The notes: generated by a model not told the origin, from the letters alone. Shown: positions 9,574 through 18,762, numbered from the stretch's first letter. The stretch is DNA of 24,128 nucleotides from an uncultured bacterium (GCA_965369865.1 CBDURU010000049.1:1-24128); one strand, 5' to 3'. Program-made: numbers and translations.

Positions 9574-10101
9574 TTATCGCCCCATGTGCAGAACTGGATC
9601 CCACGATTTTACATCTTCTATGTTATTCCCATTCTCGGGAGTGAAAACTCTGACTACCTGATCTTCTGTAATTCCACCTATCGGTAATTTTTTCTTATTA
9701 GGGGGGATCGGCCTGCAAATCAATGTGAATCGATTAGGATTTTCCAGGTATGGAATATCCGGATGGACTGTGGAAATATTTTGAACGTCCCAGGTAATAG
9801 AATAATCACCAATGAGATTATCAAGAGTGTAGCTTCGCGCTATAAAACCAGTGTCAACCAATGCATCAAAAGAGCTGTACATCCCATTGTGATTGGCAGC
9901 ATAACCTAGTTGAGTTGAACCGAAAGATCTAAGTGACATTTTCCATGGATGCCCAGGGGGGTTGGGGGGCCTGCGAGCGTTATGAAAAAAGGATGTGATT
10001 GATATAGCAAACAGGATTGCTAAGGTTAAAATCACTACCCAGCGAATAATAAAATTACGTGTCAAATTCACTTCTGGCTTTTTTTCATTAACGTCATTCA
10101 T
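9574..10101 (-). CDS. membrane-anchored hypothetical protein with a pilin-like N-terminal helix
   Basis: 175 aa with one TM segment followed by SLRSFGSTQLGYAANHNGMYSSFDALVDTGFI. The pilin resemblance is from memory. Confidence 0.7.
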   Translation of the reverse strand: MNDVNEKKPEVNLTRNFIIRWVVILTLAILFAISITSFFHNARRPPNPPGHPWKMSLRSFGSTQLGYAANHNGMYSSFDALVDTGFIARSYTLDNLIGDYSITWDVQNISTVHPDIPYLENPNRFTLICRPIPPNKKKLPIGGITEDQVVRVFTPENGNNIEDVKSWDPVLHMGR

Positions 10102-10264
10102 TCCATACTCATTTTAATTATACACCAGGCTTGTGCACTCTGGAATCTTCCTCGATAACCTTATTCGGCTCGAAACCTCACTCAGCCTGTCAACGCCACC
10201 CACACGCAACAATCTACATCCCCTCCGCGTCTTATAATTAGTGCCATCAACTGAGGAGGTGTAA

Positions 10265-10909
10265 ATGAAAGAATTAAAATCTTTAGCGGTTCTGTTTGTC
10301 ATGTTAATTAGCGTGGTTTTAATAATGTCCTGTGCTCAACGACCCAGGCCGGGAAGAATAATCGATTGCATCGACCAGGGTGTAACACTAACCCTTGTGA
10401 ATGGCTGGGAGGGTGAAACAATCGATACCGACTGGCGCGCATACAAGAGGATTCTTAAGGGCAGAGAGGATTTCATGTGGGTATTTCCACCGATCACCGC
10501 GAGGGATATCCCTGTTGCCGAGGTGGAGGATCGAAGCGGGTACATGAAGTGGAGATTCAAGGGAGTTGAAGGAACATTCGATCCGAACATCAGCCCGACC
10601 TCACGGGATTTTCCGGTTCCCCCTGGATTGTGGTCGATGGATCCGACCAAACTCGAGGTGCTTGGAAGCAACCGGGTGATCCTGGAATGGCCCGGCGTTC
10701 AGGGCACCGAGGCGACCGCGAGAATTTACGAGGTTATCAGGGGAACAGGCGATACAATGGCGATCCGTCGCACCTATGTTGTCACGTTTAATTATGGTGA
10801 AAACGCGTATGAGTTCGTGATGTTTATACCGAACCCTAACTTTGAGCGGGATTACATTGAAGCATTCTGGTCGTCGATCGAGGATGTACAGATCGGAATT
10901 GAAGAATGA
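10265..10909 (+). CDS. putative lipoprotein
   Basis: GAGGAGGT RBS; MKELKSLAVLFVMLISVVLIMSC signal peptide with lipobox. Confidence 0.85.
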   Translation: MKELKSLAVLFVMLISVVLIMSCAQRPRPGRIIDCIDQGVTLTLVNGWEGETIDTDWRAYKRILKGREDFMWVFPPITARDIPVAEVEDRSGYMKWRFKGVEGTFDPNISPTSRDFPVPPGLWSMDPTKLEVLGSNRVILEWPGVQGTEATARIYEVIRGTGDTMAIRRTYVVTFNYGENAYEFVMFIPNPNFERDYIEAFWSSIEDVQIGIEE

Positions 10910-10920
10910 GTAACTTGATA

Positions 10921-10991
10921 AGGGGACATCTCATTTCGCCAGGAATAAACAGGGGACATCTCATTTCGCCCGTCGAAATGCAGGTGTCCCC
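10921..10991. repeat. REP-like cluster (GGGGAC type)
   Basis: AGGGGACATCTCATTTCGCC occurs twice (10921-10940, 10951-10970), with an imperfect inverted copy CGAAATGCAGGTGTCCCC (10974-10991), between convergent genes. Confidence 0.85.
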
Positions 10992-11042
10992 GAAACAGAT
11001 TGACCAGTTAATCTCACTAATTAACCTGTTAATTGATCATCT

Positions 11043-12548
11043 TTATTGCGATCCGCTTTCAAGGCCGTTTTCAATCGCAGCGATTGCATCTCTAGCAAAT
11101 CCTGCCCTCCACCTATCATCACCTTCCGCGATCTGCCTGAGGGCTGGAAGTGCAGCAGCCGCAGCCGGGCCAATTCCTTTTAACAACATGATCGCTCCGC
11201 TGCGATAATTATGACTTGTAGTATCAATATTAAGAAGATCAATCAGCTTTTGAATAAGCCAATCATCCGGGCCGGCTATGGCGATGTATGCGTAGACAGC
11301 ACTTGAAGAAAACAGAACTCCATCATTGATTAATTCAATAATTGTTGGAAGAGAGTCAGATGCTGCCGGTCCAATTCGTTTAAGTGAGTCTAGTAAAAAA
11401 TGGTAATCTTCTTCCCTGTTATCGATTTCATCAATGATTTCTGAGATGACGATCGATTCATTTCCACCGATTATAATCAGAAGACGGCAAAGTGTCTGTA
11501 ACTCATACCCGTGATATTTATTTAGAGACTTAAGGAGTGCTGGTGCGGCTTCCGAAAGGTCGTCATCCGTATAAAAAGTCAGTGAGTAGATTGTGTCGTA
11601 TCGGCGGTCCAAATCACTCTCATTTAACAGTTTTGTCAACAGATGAATAACAGTTTCATTTGAACCCTCAATAGCATTTACAGCCAATCGTGCTGGTTTA
11701 TATATCCCGGGGTTTTCGTGCTGCGACAGGTCGATCAATCCAGGTAATGTTTCATTAGCGTCCAGACCGATTCTAGCAAGATGAGTAACAATATCCGTAA
11801 ACAACGGATCGTTGTGAATATTATTCAAATCGATTCTATTTAACCGGTCTATTAAATATTGCAGTCTTTCAGGTTTCCTATCACCGATCAGGTAGAGTGA
11901 ACTAGCACAAAATATGCGGACATGATCCGAGTAATAATAATTCCAATCATCATCCAATGATTCCCGAAGTGCAGGAACTGCACTCGCTGCGGCAGGACCG
12001 ATATCACCGAGTGCAATCGCTGCAGCGCACCTAAGGCTCAGGCTGTACATATAATCAGCCCTGATCCAGCTTGACGCAACGCTCGCGTCATCTCCTTCCA
12101 GGATTTCAATAAGGTCGGGAACGGCATCGACCGCAAGATCACCGAATCCCCCAAGCATCCGGGCAGCGAACGCCCTGACATTGACATTTTCCGATTCGTT
12201 TAAGAGTCTCATGAAATAGGTAATGATATCGAAGGGATATTCTACCCGGGATTGTTCCCCATCAATTCTGGAGCCGGTAAAATTTGGCAGTGAAAAAAAA
12301 TCTTCAACAAAAACCGGTTGATTTTCATCTTGCACGATCTGGTCGAAAAGTTCAAAAATTTGCTCATCCGAAAATTCTGAGTTTAGTGCGAGAACTTTTT
12401 CAAAAAAGCTCTCATTGACATCGACGCCGTAGAAATCGTGCAGGGATGCATTGGAGGGGTAGGTAATGCAGATGCAACCGACGACCAGGCCGACGGATAT
12501 GTTTTTAATCATGTCAGATAACACTCTCCCAATTATTTCAGATATCAT
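11043..12548 (-). CDS. HEAT/PBS-lyase repeat protein, probably exported
   Basis: Repeated motifs such as VRAFAARMLGGFG...AVPDLIEIL, LRCAAAIALGDIGPAAASAVPALRESL and LKGIGPAAAAALPALRQI. Signal-like N-terminus; the start may be the ATG at 12512. Confidence 0.85.
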   Translation of the reverse strand: MISEIIGRVLSDMIKNISVGLVVGCICITYPSNASLHDFYGVDVNESFFEKVLALNSEFSDEQIFELFDQIVQDENQPVFVEDFFSLPNFTGSRIDGEQSRVEYPFDIITYFMRLLNESENVNVRAFAARMLGGFGDLAVDAVPDLIEILEGDDASVASSWIRADYMYSLSLRCAAAIALGDIGPAAASAVPALRESLDDDWNYYYSDHVRIFCASSLYLIGDRKPERLQYLIDRLNRIDLNNIHNDPLFTDIVTHLARIGLDANETLPGLIDLSQHENPGIYKPARLAVNAIEGSNETVIHLLTKLLNESDLDRRYDTIYSLTFYTDDDLSEAAPALLKSLNKYHGYELQTLCRLLIIIGGNESIVISEIIDEIDNREEDYHFLLDSLKRIGPAASDSLPTIIELINDGVLFSSSAVYAYIAIAGPDDWLIQKLIDLLNIDTTSHNYRSGAIMLLKGIGPAAAAALPALRQIAEGDDRWRAGFARDAIAAIENGLESGSQ

Positions 12549-12602
12549 ATCAGTTAGAAAAGATCAATATAAAGTGTATAAACCTCTTGAACATGTGGGC
12601 AT

Positions 12603-12638
12603 AAAAAAAGAGACACCTTTTTAAAGGCATCTCTTTTG
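12603..12638 (-). terminator. intrinsic terminator after the repeat lipoprotein gene
   Basis: Minus strand AGAGAUGCCUUU-AA-AAAGGUGUCUCU followed by a U tract; the G-U pairs work only on the minus strand. Confidence 0.8.
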
Positions 12639-12675
12639 TCAAATCTGATTTTCCAAAGGATTTACTTTTCAACAG

Positions 12676-14994
12676 CTAATCATCGGCGGGTACGGGTCCT
12701 GCAATTTCAAGGGAATCGCAAAACGCAGGAGTCAGATCGGTGTTGTTCGACTCATCGGTCGCGCGCACCTCTATCTCCCAGATCCCCTGGTATAAACTTC
12801 CAATAACCAGCGATTCTGAGGAGTAATGACTGCTCCATGTATCCCACATGAAATATCCGGGACCTTTCTTATGGTACTGGTAAGTCAGGTTGAAGCTCTC
12901 GGTACAGTTGTCGGTTCCACTTACGTCGATAGTTACCTCGATCGTTCCCTCAGGATACGATGTACAGCCCGACACAATCGATGTTTCCGGCGGAGTCGAG
13001 TCAGAATCGCATGGATCGGGAGCGCCGGAGATATCCACAGGACCGAAATACGCGGGATTCGTATCGGGATTGCCGGATGCGTCGACACCCCTGACCTCGA
13101 ATTCCCAGATACCATCATAAAGGCCGGGAATGTCGATAGTTTCACAGGCGTAGTGACTGGTCCAGGAATCGTAGAACGGATCGGCCTGGAGTTTCTTGTG
13201 GTAGTCGAAGGTGATCTCCGATGATGGTGTGCAGTTATCATAAGCGGAAACACCCAGCGTTATGAAAGTCGTTCCGGACGGGTAGCTGGATTTACCGGAA
13301 GTAATCCCAGTAACCGGCGGGGTCAGATCCAAATCGCACGGGTTACCCGCGATAGCCACATTGGCGCACAAGACCGGACTTGGATCCGGGTTTTGAAGTT
13401 CATCAACCGCGCGGAATTCAAAATTCCAGATGCCATCGTAAAGCCCTTCGACCAGAATAGCTTCGGATGAATAATGTGCGCTCCAGGTGTCGAATGATGA
13501 CGATCCCGGGGCTTTCTTATGGTACTGGTACGAGAGATCGGCTATCTGGGTGCAGTTATCACTTCCCGAGACGCCGAATGTAATACTTGTTGTACCCACG
13601 TCGTAATCGAAACATCCGAAAGTCAGGGTCGTATCAGGAGGAATGGTATCGTTTTCGCATGGGTCCGGGGCGTCCGGATTGAATGTAAAATTGCACTCGG
13701 CGGGACTTGGATCTACTCTTCCCTCACTGTCCACGGCACGGATATCGATTTCCCAGTATCCTACTGTCAGGATATCGAAGAAAAGTACGGAACCGGGTGC
13801 GTACGACCAGTCGGTAACCGGGATACCATTTGCCGAGGTCCGGTATTCGTAGGTTAATTCTTCCGATGGTGTAAATGTGCTCGATCCTGTCACGGTCAGG
13901 GTGACATAATCATTAGGCCATTCTGTTTCAGGACATCCCGAGGTAATAGTTGTGTCCGGAGCCGTGACCGGTTCGTCGATCTGGAAATTACATTCAGCCG
14001 GTGTTTCATCCACACGCCCGTCCTCATCCACGGCTCGCACATGAATCTGCCAGTCGCCTGTTGTCAGGTTTTCAAGGAGTAGGGAATTACCCGTAAATGC
14101 AGTCCAGGCTGTGTCGAGTATCCCATTTTGATAGGTCCGGTAATCGAAAGTAATGTCGCCGGGCGCGGTGATTTCACTCGAACCGGATACTGTCAGGGTC
14201 AACGAACTCTCTGTGAAAAATCCTTCAGGACATCCCGAATCGATTGAGGTTTCAGGAGGCAGCGTGGTGTCTTCAAGGTTTGCCGGGAAATGACACTCTT
14301 CGGGGGTCAGATCAGCCTGTGCTTCGCTGTCAATTGCCCGGATATTGACGATCCAGTCGCCGGTTGTGAGATTCTGAACCGTAATTTCCGGTCCCGGGTG
14401 CGCGGTCCAGTCTTCCTGGAGAACACCGTTCCTTAATGTTCTGTACTCAAATGTGATCTCGTCGGGCGGGGTGAATCCGCTTGTACCTGAGACGGTCAGG
14501 ATAATTGAATCCTGGAACCATGTACCATCCGGACATCCTGAATCGATCGATGTATCGGGAGGAGCGGTTCCTCCGTCGTAATCGACCACGAAAGTAATTT
14601 CCAATGGAGTTGGATCGGGCTGGCCGTCCTGGTCGATCGCACGGATCTGGACTAACCATTCCCCGGTAGACAGGTTGTTGATTACAATATCAGCACCAGA
14701 GACCCTTACCCAGCCCTGAACAAGTATCCCGTTTTTATATGCGCGCCATTCGTAACTGAGATTTTCTGTCGAGGTTGTTTCGCTTGAACCTGTTACGGTT
14801 AGCGTGATTGAACCCTGGCGGATAACCTCGTCGGGAAGATCTGTAACAATGGATGTTTCCGGTGGATCGCCCGGCAGGTCAGGTGTTACTCCTGAACTTC
14901 CTCCGCCACCGCATCCGACCATGATCAGGTAAATAACAAGTGTGATCAAAGTTAAAAGTAAAAAAAATCGGAATCCTCTGGCAAGATCGAACAT
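12676..14994 (-). CDS. lipoprotein with seven tandem ~100-aa Ig/FnIII-like Cys-containing repeats
   Basis: AAGGAGG precedes ATG 14994; signal peptide ends IMVGC-GGGGSS; seven repeats of PP(E/D)T.I.SGC...L.VSG...Y.Y...W...L..G.W...RA.D..G..D..P. Confidence 0.85.
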   Translation of the reverse strand: MFDLARGFRFFLLLTLITLVIYLIMVGCGGGGSSGVTPDLPGDPPETSIVTDLPDEVIRQGSITLTVTGSSETTSTENLSYEWRAYKNGILVQGWVRVSGADIVINNLSTGEWLVQIRAIDQDGQPDPTPLEITFVVDYDGGTAPPDTSIDSGCPDGTWFQDSIILTVSGTSGFTPPDEITFEYRTLRNGVLQEDWTAHPGPEITVQNLTTGDWIVNIRAIDSEAQADLTPEECHFPANLEDTTLPPETSIDSGCPEGFFTESSLTLTVSGSSEITAPGDITFDYRTYQNGILDTAWTAFTGNSLLLENLTTGDWQIHVRAVDEDGRVDETPAECNFQIDEPVTAPDTTITSGCPETEWPNDYVTLTVTGSSTFTPSEELTYEYRTSANGIPVTDWSYAPGSVLFFDILTVGYWEIDIRAVDSEGRVDPSPAECNFTFNPDAPDPCENDTIPPDTTLTFGCFDYDVGTTSITFGVSGSDNCTQIADLSYQYHKKAPGSSSFDTWSAHYSSEAILVEGLYDGIWNFEFRAVDELQNPDPSPVLCANVAIAGNPCDLDLTPPVTGITSGKSSYPSGTTFITLGVSAYDNCTPSSEITFDYHKKLQADPFYDSWTSHYACETIDIPGLYDGIWEFEVRGVDASGNPDTNPAYFGPVDISGAPDPCDSDSTPPETSIVSGCTSYPEGTIEVTIDVSGTDNCTESFNLTYQYHKKGPGYFMWDTWSSHYSSESLVIGSLYQGIWEIEVRATDESNNTDLTPAFCDSLEIAGPVPADD

Positions 14995-15191
14995 TAGCTG
15001 TTTCCTCCTTGGAAAACCTCTAAAGATCCACACAATGCAGTTCCGCGACTACATAATGTTTCAAAATTAATATCCGATCTTGGGATGGAGGTACTTTTAA
15101 CCAGATAAAATCAAACACAATTAATAATAAAATAAAAAAGTAAAAGCCATTTTGATAATTACCAAGCCACACGAATTTACGTAATTTTTCT

Positions 15192-15292
15192 GTAGGGGCA
15201 GTGCTTGCCCTGCCCATCAGGGGCGCGGCAAGCAACGCCCCTACATCTGGAAATTTTATAATTAACCAGGGCGCGGCAAGCAGCACCCCTAC
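15192..15292. repeat. GTAG-family REP cluster (GTAGGGGC type)
   Basis: GTAGGGGCAGTGCTTGCCCTGCCC (15192-15215) with two inverted copies GGGCGCGGCAAGCA.C.CCCCTAC (15221-15244, 15269-15292). Confidence 0.85.
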
Positions 15293-15389
15293 AAAAAAAA
15301 CATGCTTTCACCATGCACAGTTTAGTAAGCCTGGTTAGATTAAAAAGCATGTTTCAACCGATCGGTTTTAATAGGGGACTTCCTGTCAC

Positions 15390-15743
15390 TCACTCATTGC
15401 TCCTGATGATCTTTACAGAAACGCTTTCCGCTGATGGCACCGCCCCTGGTTTTTCAACTCCAACCCGGACCTTTTTTACCTTTGCATACGCAAGGCAGAA
15501 TGAAGCTATCTTCTCAGCTAAAGCCTCCAGCAATCTGAACTCATGAACCTTAAGTTCATCCAGCAGTTTTGCAGTCAGATTATGATAGTCCAGAGTGTCC
15601 TCAAGCTTGTCTGACTGACCGGACTTCATAAGGTTGAGCATTAGATCAATATTGATCACAACGTTCTGTTTCTCGATCCACTCGGAATCCTCGACACCGA
15701 TAAGCAGTTTAACTCTGAGGTTCCGAATATGAATTTGGTCCAT
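15390..15743 (-). CDS. folB: dihydroneopterin aldolase
   Basis: MDQIHIRNL...IGV...E...KQ, DTLDY, LLEALAEKIA and VEKPGA motifs; 117 aa. Confidence 0.93.
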   Translation of the reverse strand: MDQIHIRNLRVKLLIGVEDSEWIEKQNVVINIDLMLNLMKSGQSDKLEDTLDYHNLTAKLLDELKVHEFRLLEALAEKIASFCLAYAKVKKVRVGVEKPGAVPSAESVSVKIIRSNE

Positions 15744-16000
15744 GTGGCGCCCCTGATGTTTAATGATGATCCATTTTTACAAATATCTCTGTAATTCTTA
15801 ATTTCCGACCCTGAATCCCTTATGGCAGGGTAAGTCTCCAGTAACCCCTTTGTTTTCAGAGTTTTCTATCCCCGAAAGAGGTATTATACCTGAAATCGTA
15901 TTGATTTGGGAATCTCAATCGATCGCCCGGTTTGAGCGGAAGTTCCCTCTTTCACGAACCCCCCCGTCAAGGTATAATCTTTGTTCATGGAGGATGATAT

Positions 16001-16513
16001 ATGGAACAGCGTGTTGTCAAGTATCTCCCTGAAAATAGCCCGGTAAAAATTGAAAAATTTAACTGTGAATACCAGGCTTTCAAGGAAGCGACTACTTTCG
16101 CATCCCGGAAAGATGAGGGGGTGTACGCATCCATCAATTTTTTAGTTATCCCGTCATCGGAGGATGATGTAAAGAACCCTGGCGGGATCGAGGCGGTCGA
16201 GTTTATATTTGTACTCTTCGATGTTTTCGATCACTTTCTTTCGAGCGTGCAGGGTCTTGCCGGACCTGGAAAATATCCGTCGGGAAAGAAAAAATACCGT
16301 TCAAGGTGGGTTTTCGATGTAGACGGAGCGTTCAGCATGTACCATGCGCTTGCGTTTCCAACCCAGGTCAGGTTCCTCGATGGCAGCATCTGGCGCTGTA
16401 ACCGACCAGAGTGTGTTGACTGGATAAATGAAATAATAGAAGAGTCCGGATCAAAAGTCAGTGAAGACGATATTTTCCTCGATGGCGGTTTGCATGAGGG
16501 CTTGAGCGACTAA
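16001..16513 (+). CDS. hypothetical protein
   Basis: 170-aa ORF with GGAGG RBS and TATAAT at 15973-15978 upstream; ends 24 bp before aroKB. Confidence 0.8.
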   Translation: MEQRVVKYLPENSPVKIEKFNCEYQAFKEATTFASRKDEGVYASINFLVIPSSEDDVKNPGGIEAVEFIFVLFDVFDHFLSSVQGLAGPGKYPSGKKKYRSRWVFDVDGAFSMYHALAFPTQVRFLDGSIWRCNRPECVDWINEIIEESGSKVSEDDIFLDGGLHEGLSD

Positions 16514-16537
16514 TGGGACTTAAAAGAAGGATTTATA

Positions 16538-18220
16538 ATGACAGGACACCTTTACTTAACAGGATTTTCAGGCTCGGGTAAGTCGGCGGTCGGGTCTGAA
16601 CTGGCCCGGCGGCTGAAAGTGGATTTCATCGATCTTGACCTGGAAATCGCGTCTCGAGCGGGAAAAGATCTTCTCGATCTGTTTGCCGATAAATCTGAGC
16701 AGGCATTCCGCACGATGGAACTCGAATTCCTCAATGAACTGGCATCGAAAGTGGAATCCGGTGAGAAAGGCAGCGTGGTTGCCCTCGGCGGTGGCACCAT
16801 GATGAATCCGACTGCCCAGGAGATAGTCCGCGAATCCGGGAAACTTGTATGGCTGAGGGCTAAGTGGAGCACGCTTTTTGAACGCCTGATCGAGGTTACC
16901 GACCGTCCGCTTTTACAGAAGGCCGAAAAACTTCATGAGTTCATCCAGTACAACCGGCCATTCTATGAAGGACGGCTTCCGGGATACTCGCATTGCGACC
17001 TGGTCCTCGATGTCGACCACATGGGTCCTGAGGACACCGCGACCGCAATTATCCGGTTAATGGACTCCGCCTGGTTCCTGACAGTCAGCTTTTTTGAAAG
17101 GACACACTCCGTTATTTGCGACTCCGGTCTGCTCGCAAGGGTCGGGCAGATGCTTTACCAGCTTGGAATTCTCCCACGCGGCCAGGTCTGGTTGATAACT
17201 ACCGGAAATCTCGACCGGGATAACCTTCCACTTGCGCGAATTGTAAAGGAAGACCTTGAAAGTACGCGACAGGAAGTCAGAGTATTAAGGATTCCGGATG
17301 GCGAGGAAGCGAAAACACCCGAGCAGGTGTATCGAATCCACGACGCCCTGCTTGGGGCGGGAACATCACGTGAGGATTTGATAATCGCTCTCGGAGGCGG
17401 GACGGTCAGCGATGTAGCGGGATTTGTTGCCGCGACCTACCTCCGTGGGATCGATATCGTCCAGATTCCAACGACGCTTGTCGGGATGGTGGATGCATGC
17501 CTTGGAGGAAAAACAGCCATTAATCACCCGCGCGGTAAAAACCTGGTAGGTGCATATCACCAGCCGAAGACGATCCTTATCGACCCGGTGGTGCTGAACA
17601 CATCCGCGGATGAATATTATCTCGCCGGTCTTGCCGAGCTTGTGAAGTACGGCTGTGTCGCGGACCGGTCGATCATCGATGAGTGCGAGGCAAACTGGGC
17701 GGATATTTTAAACCGTCCGACATGGGAAGAACAGTGGACACGTGAGGGCTGGGGCGAATTGAAAGGCAATCCATGGATATTGATCGATCTTATACGTAAG
17801 GGGTTGCAGATTAAATCCCGAATTGTCTCGGCTGATGAACGGGAAATTACCGGGGAAAGGACGATCCTTAATTTCGGGCATACTTTCGCGCATGGTTTTG
17901 AAAACGCGAGCGGATACACGATTCCGCACGGCCAGGCGGTTGCGATCGGTATGAGGGCTGCGTTCCGGCTCGGGCGCGACAGGGGGTTTATTACAGAGGA
18001 TGAAGTCGCGAGGATGGATCAATTGCTGGGAGTGCTGGCGTCGGTCGATATGATTCGAAATCTCGATGTGGAAAAGATACTTGTGGCGATCCGGTATGAT
18101 AAAAAACGCGGCAGGGAAGGGCTTAAATTTGTATTGCCGGTACGGTTAGGCGAGGTCGAGATATTTGAGGATGTCACGGAAGAGGAAATCCGAAAGGGCA
18201 TAGAGAATTTGATGGGGTAA
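16538..18220 (+). CDS. aroB: bifunctional shikimate kinase / 3-dehydroquinate synthase (AroK-AroB fusion)
   Basis: N-terminal GFSGSGKS P-loop, DLD, ALGGG and RPLL; C-terminal GGGTVSD, RG...QIPTTL, GGKT, KNLVGAY, LNFGHT and HGQAVAIG. Confidence 0.95.
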   Translation: MTGHLYLTGFSGSGKSAVGSELARRLKVDFIDLDLEIASRAGKDLLDLFADKSEQAFRTMELEFLNELASKVESGEKGSVVALGGGTMMNPTAQEIVRESGKLVWLRAKWSTLFERLIEVTDRPLLQKAEKLHEFIQYNRPFYEGRLPGYSHCDLVLDVDHMGPEDTATAIIRLMDSAWFLTVSFFERTHSVICDSGLLARVGQMLYQLGILPRGQVWLITTGNLDRDNLPLARIVKEDLESTRQEVRVLRIPDGEEAKTPEQVYRIHDALLGAGTSREDLIIALGGGTVSDVAGFVAATYLRGIDIVQIPTTLVGMVDACLGGKTAINHPRGKNLVGAYHQPKTILIDPVVLNTSADEYYLAGLAELVKYGCVADRSIIDECEANWADILNRPTWEEQWTREGWGELKGNPWILIDLIRKGLQIKSRIVSADEREITGERTILNFGHTFAHGFENASGYTIPHGQAVAIGMRAAFRLGRDRGFITEDEVARMDQLLGVLASVDMIRNLDVEKILVAIRYDKKRGREGLKFVLPVRLGEVEIFEDVTEEEIRKGIENLMG

Positions 18221-18348
18221 AAGGGTAACCCACATCATAATCCGGTTGCCGTTTATTAACATCTCAGCGAAAAGTACCGTCAGCTTACAGCCGTTGCTCC
18301 TGGTTTTTTGATGTTTCCCTTGTTGTTTTCCTCCTCGTTTTTTTTGAT

Positions 18349-18620
18349 AAAACTCCGGAACCCGACGCGCGATAAGGCAACATAGTGCCCGAACGGCCAT
18401 GTAAGATCGACCGCTGACTTGCCCCGGCATTGACTGGGTGTGGCAGGCTTCCCTGGTACTTCCCCGCTTTCGCATAAGCTACGGCGGGTGTCAAGCCGTA
18501 AAACTTCTCCGCCTACCCGAAGGTGGCGTGGCTACTAGCGCTCAGCTTCAAGAGCTGGAAATCACGCGCCGGATTCCGTATGGAGGTTATTCCCTGCAGT
18601 GGGTACAGAATAGCCTCCAT
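18349..18620 (-). ncRNA. candidate structured non-coding RNA of unassigned family
   Basis: Own promoter, 5' hairpin, 18-bp closing helix with three G-U pairs valid only on the minus strand, UUCG and GAAA tetraloops, and no credible CDS. Confidence 0.7.
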
Positions 18621-18624
18621 AGTG

Positions 18625-18653
18625 AGTATAGCATAAAGATGGGATTTTGTCAA
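18625..18653 (-). promoter_or_regulatory. sigma70-type promoter for the candidate ncRNA
   Basis: TTGACA (18653-18648), 17-nt spacer, TATACT (18630-18625), with an extended -10 TG. Confidence 0.85.
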
Positions 18654-18687
18654 GGGTGGACATGGAAAAAGTGGGGATTTTTATTGG

Positions 18688-18762
18688 ATTGGTAGGCCCA
18701 CATCTACCTGATGTGGGGGGGGGTTGGAAATGGAACCCATATCAGATAGATATGGGTCTACC
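18688..18762. repeat. GTAG-family REP doublet (REPIN-like), copy 1
   Basis: GGTAGGCCCACATCTACCTGATGTGGG followed by inverted CCCATATCAGATAGATATGGGTCTACC. Confidence 0.8.

Noticed and set aside
9224..9604. 118-126-aa class ORFs spanning tRNA-Ala (9224-9604, 9319-9501)
   Set aside because: They read through the tRNA gene and are spurious.
15780..15890. Folate or ZTP riboswitch upstream of folB
   Set aside because: Only one hairpin (ACCCUG...CAGGGU) follows a TATAAT box, and I see no THF or pfl consensus elements.
18349..18620. RNase P, SRP, 6S, cobalamin riboswitch or retron msr-msd identity for the structured RNA
   Set aside because: GGGGAAGUACC only loosely resembles the RNase P P4 strand and the 3' partner is absent. 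There is no SRP helix 8, the RNA is not rod-shaped, the B12-like words are out of order, and no reverse transcriptase is in the window.
18146..18695. ORF-track ORFs across the candidate ncRNA, and a 35-codon leaderless frame starting at 18620
   Set aside because: They have no RBS or recognisable protein features, and RNA structure explains the sequence better.
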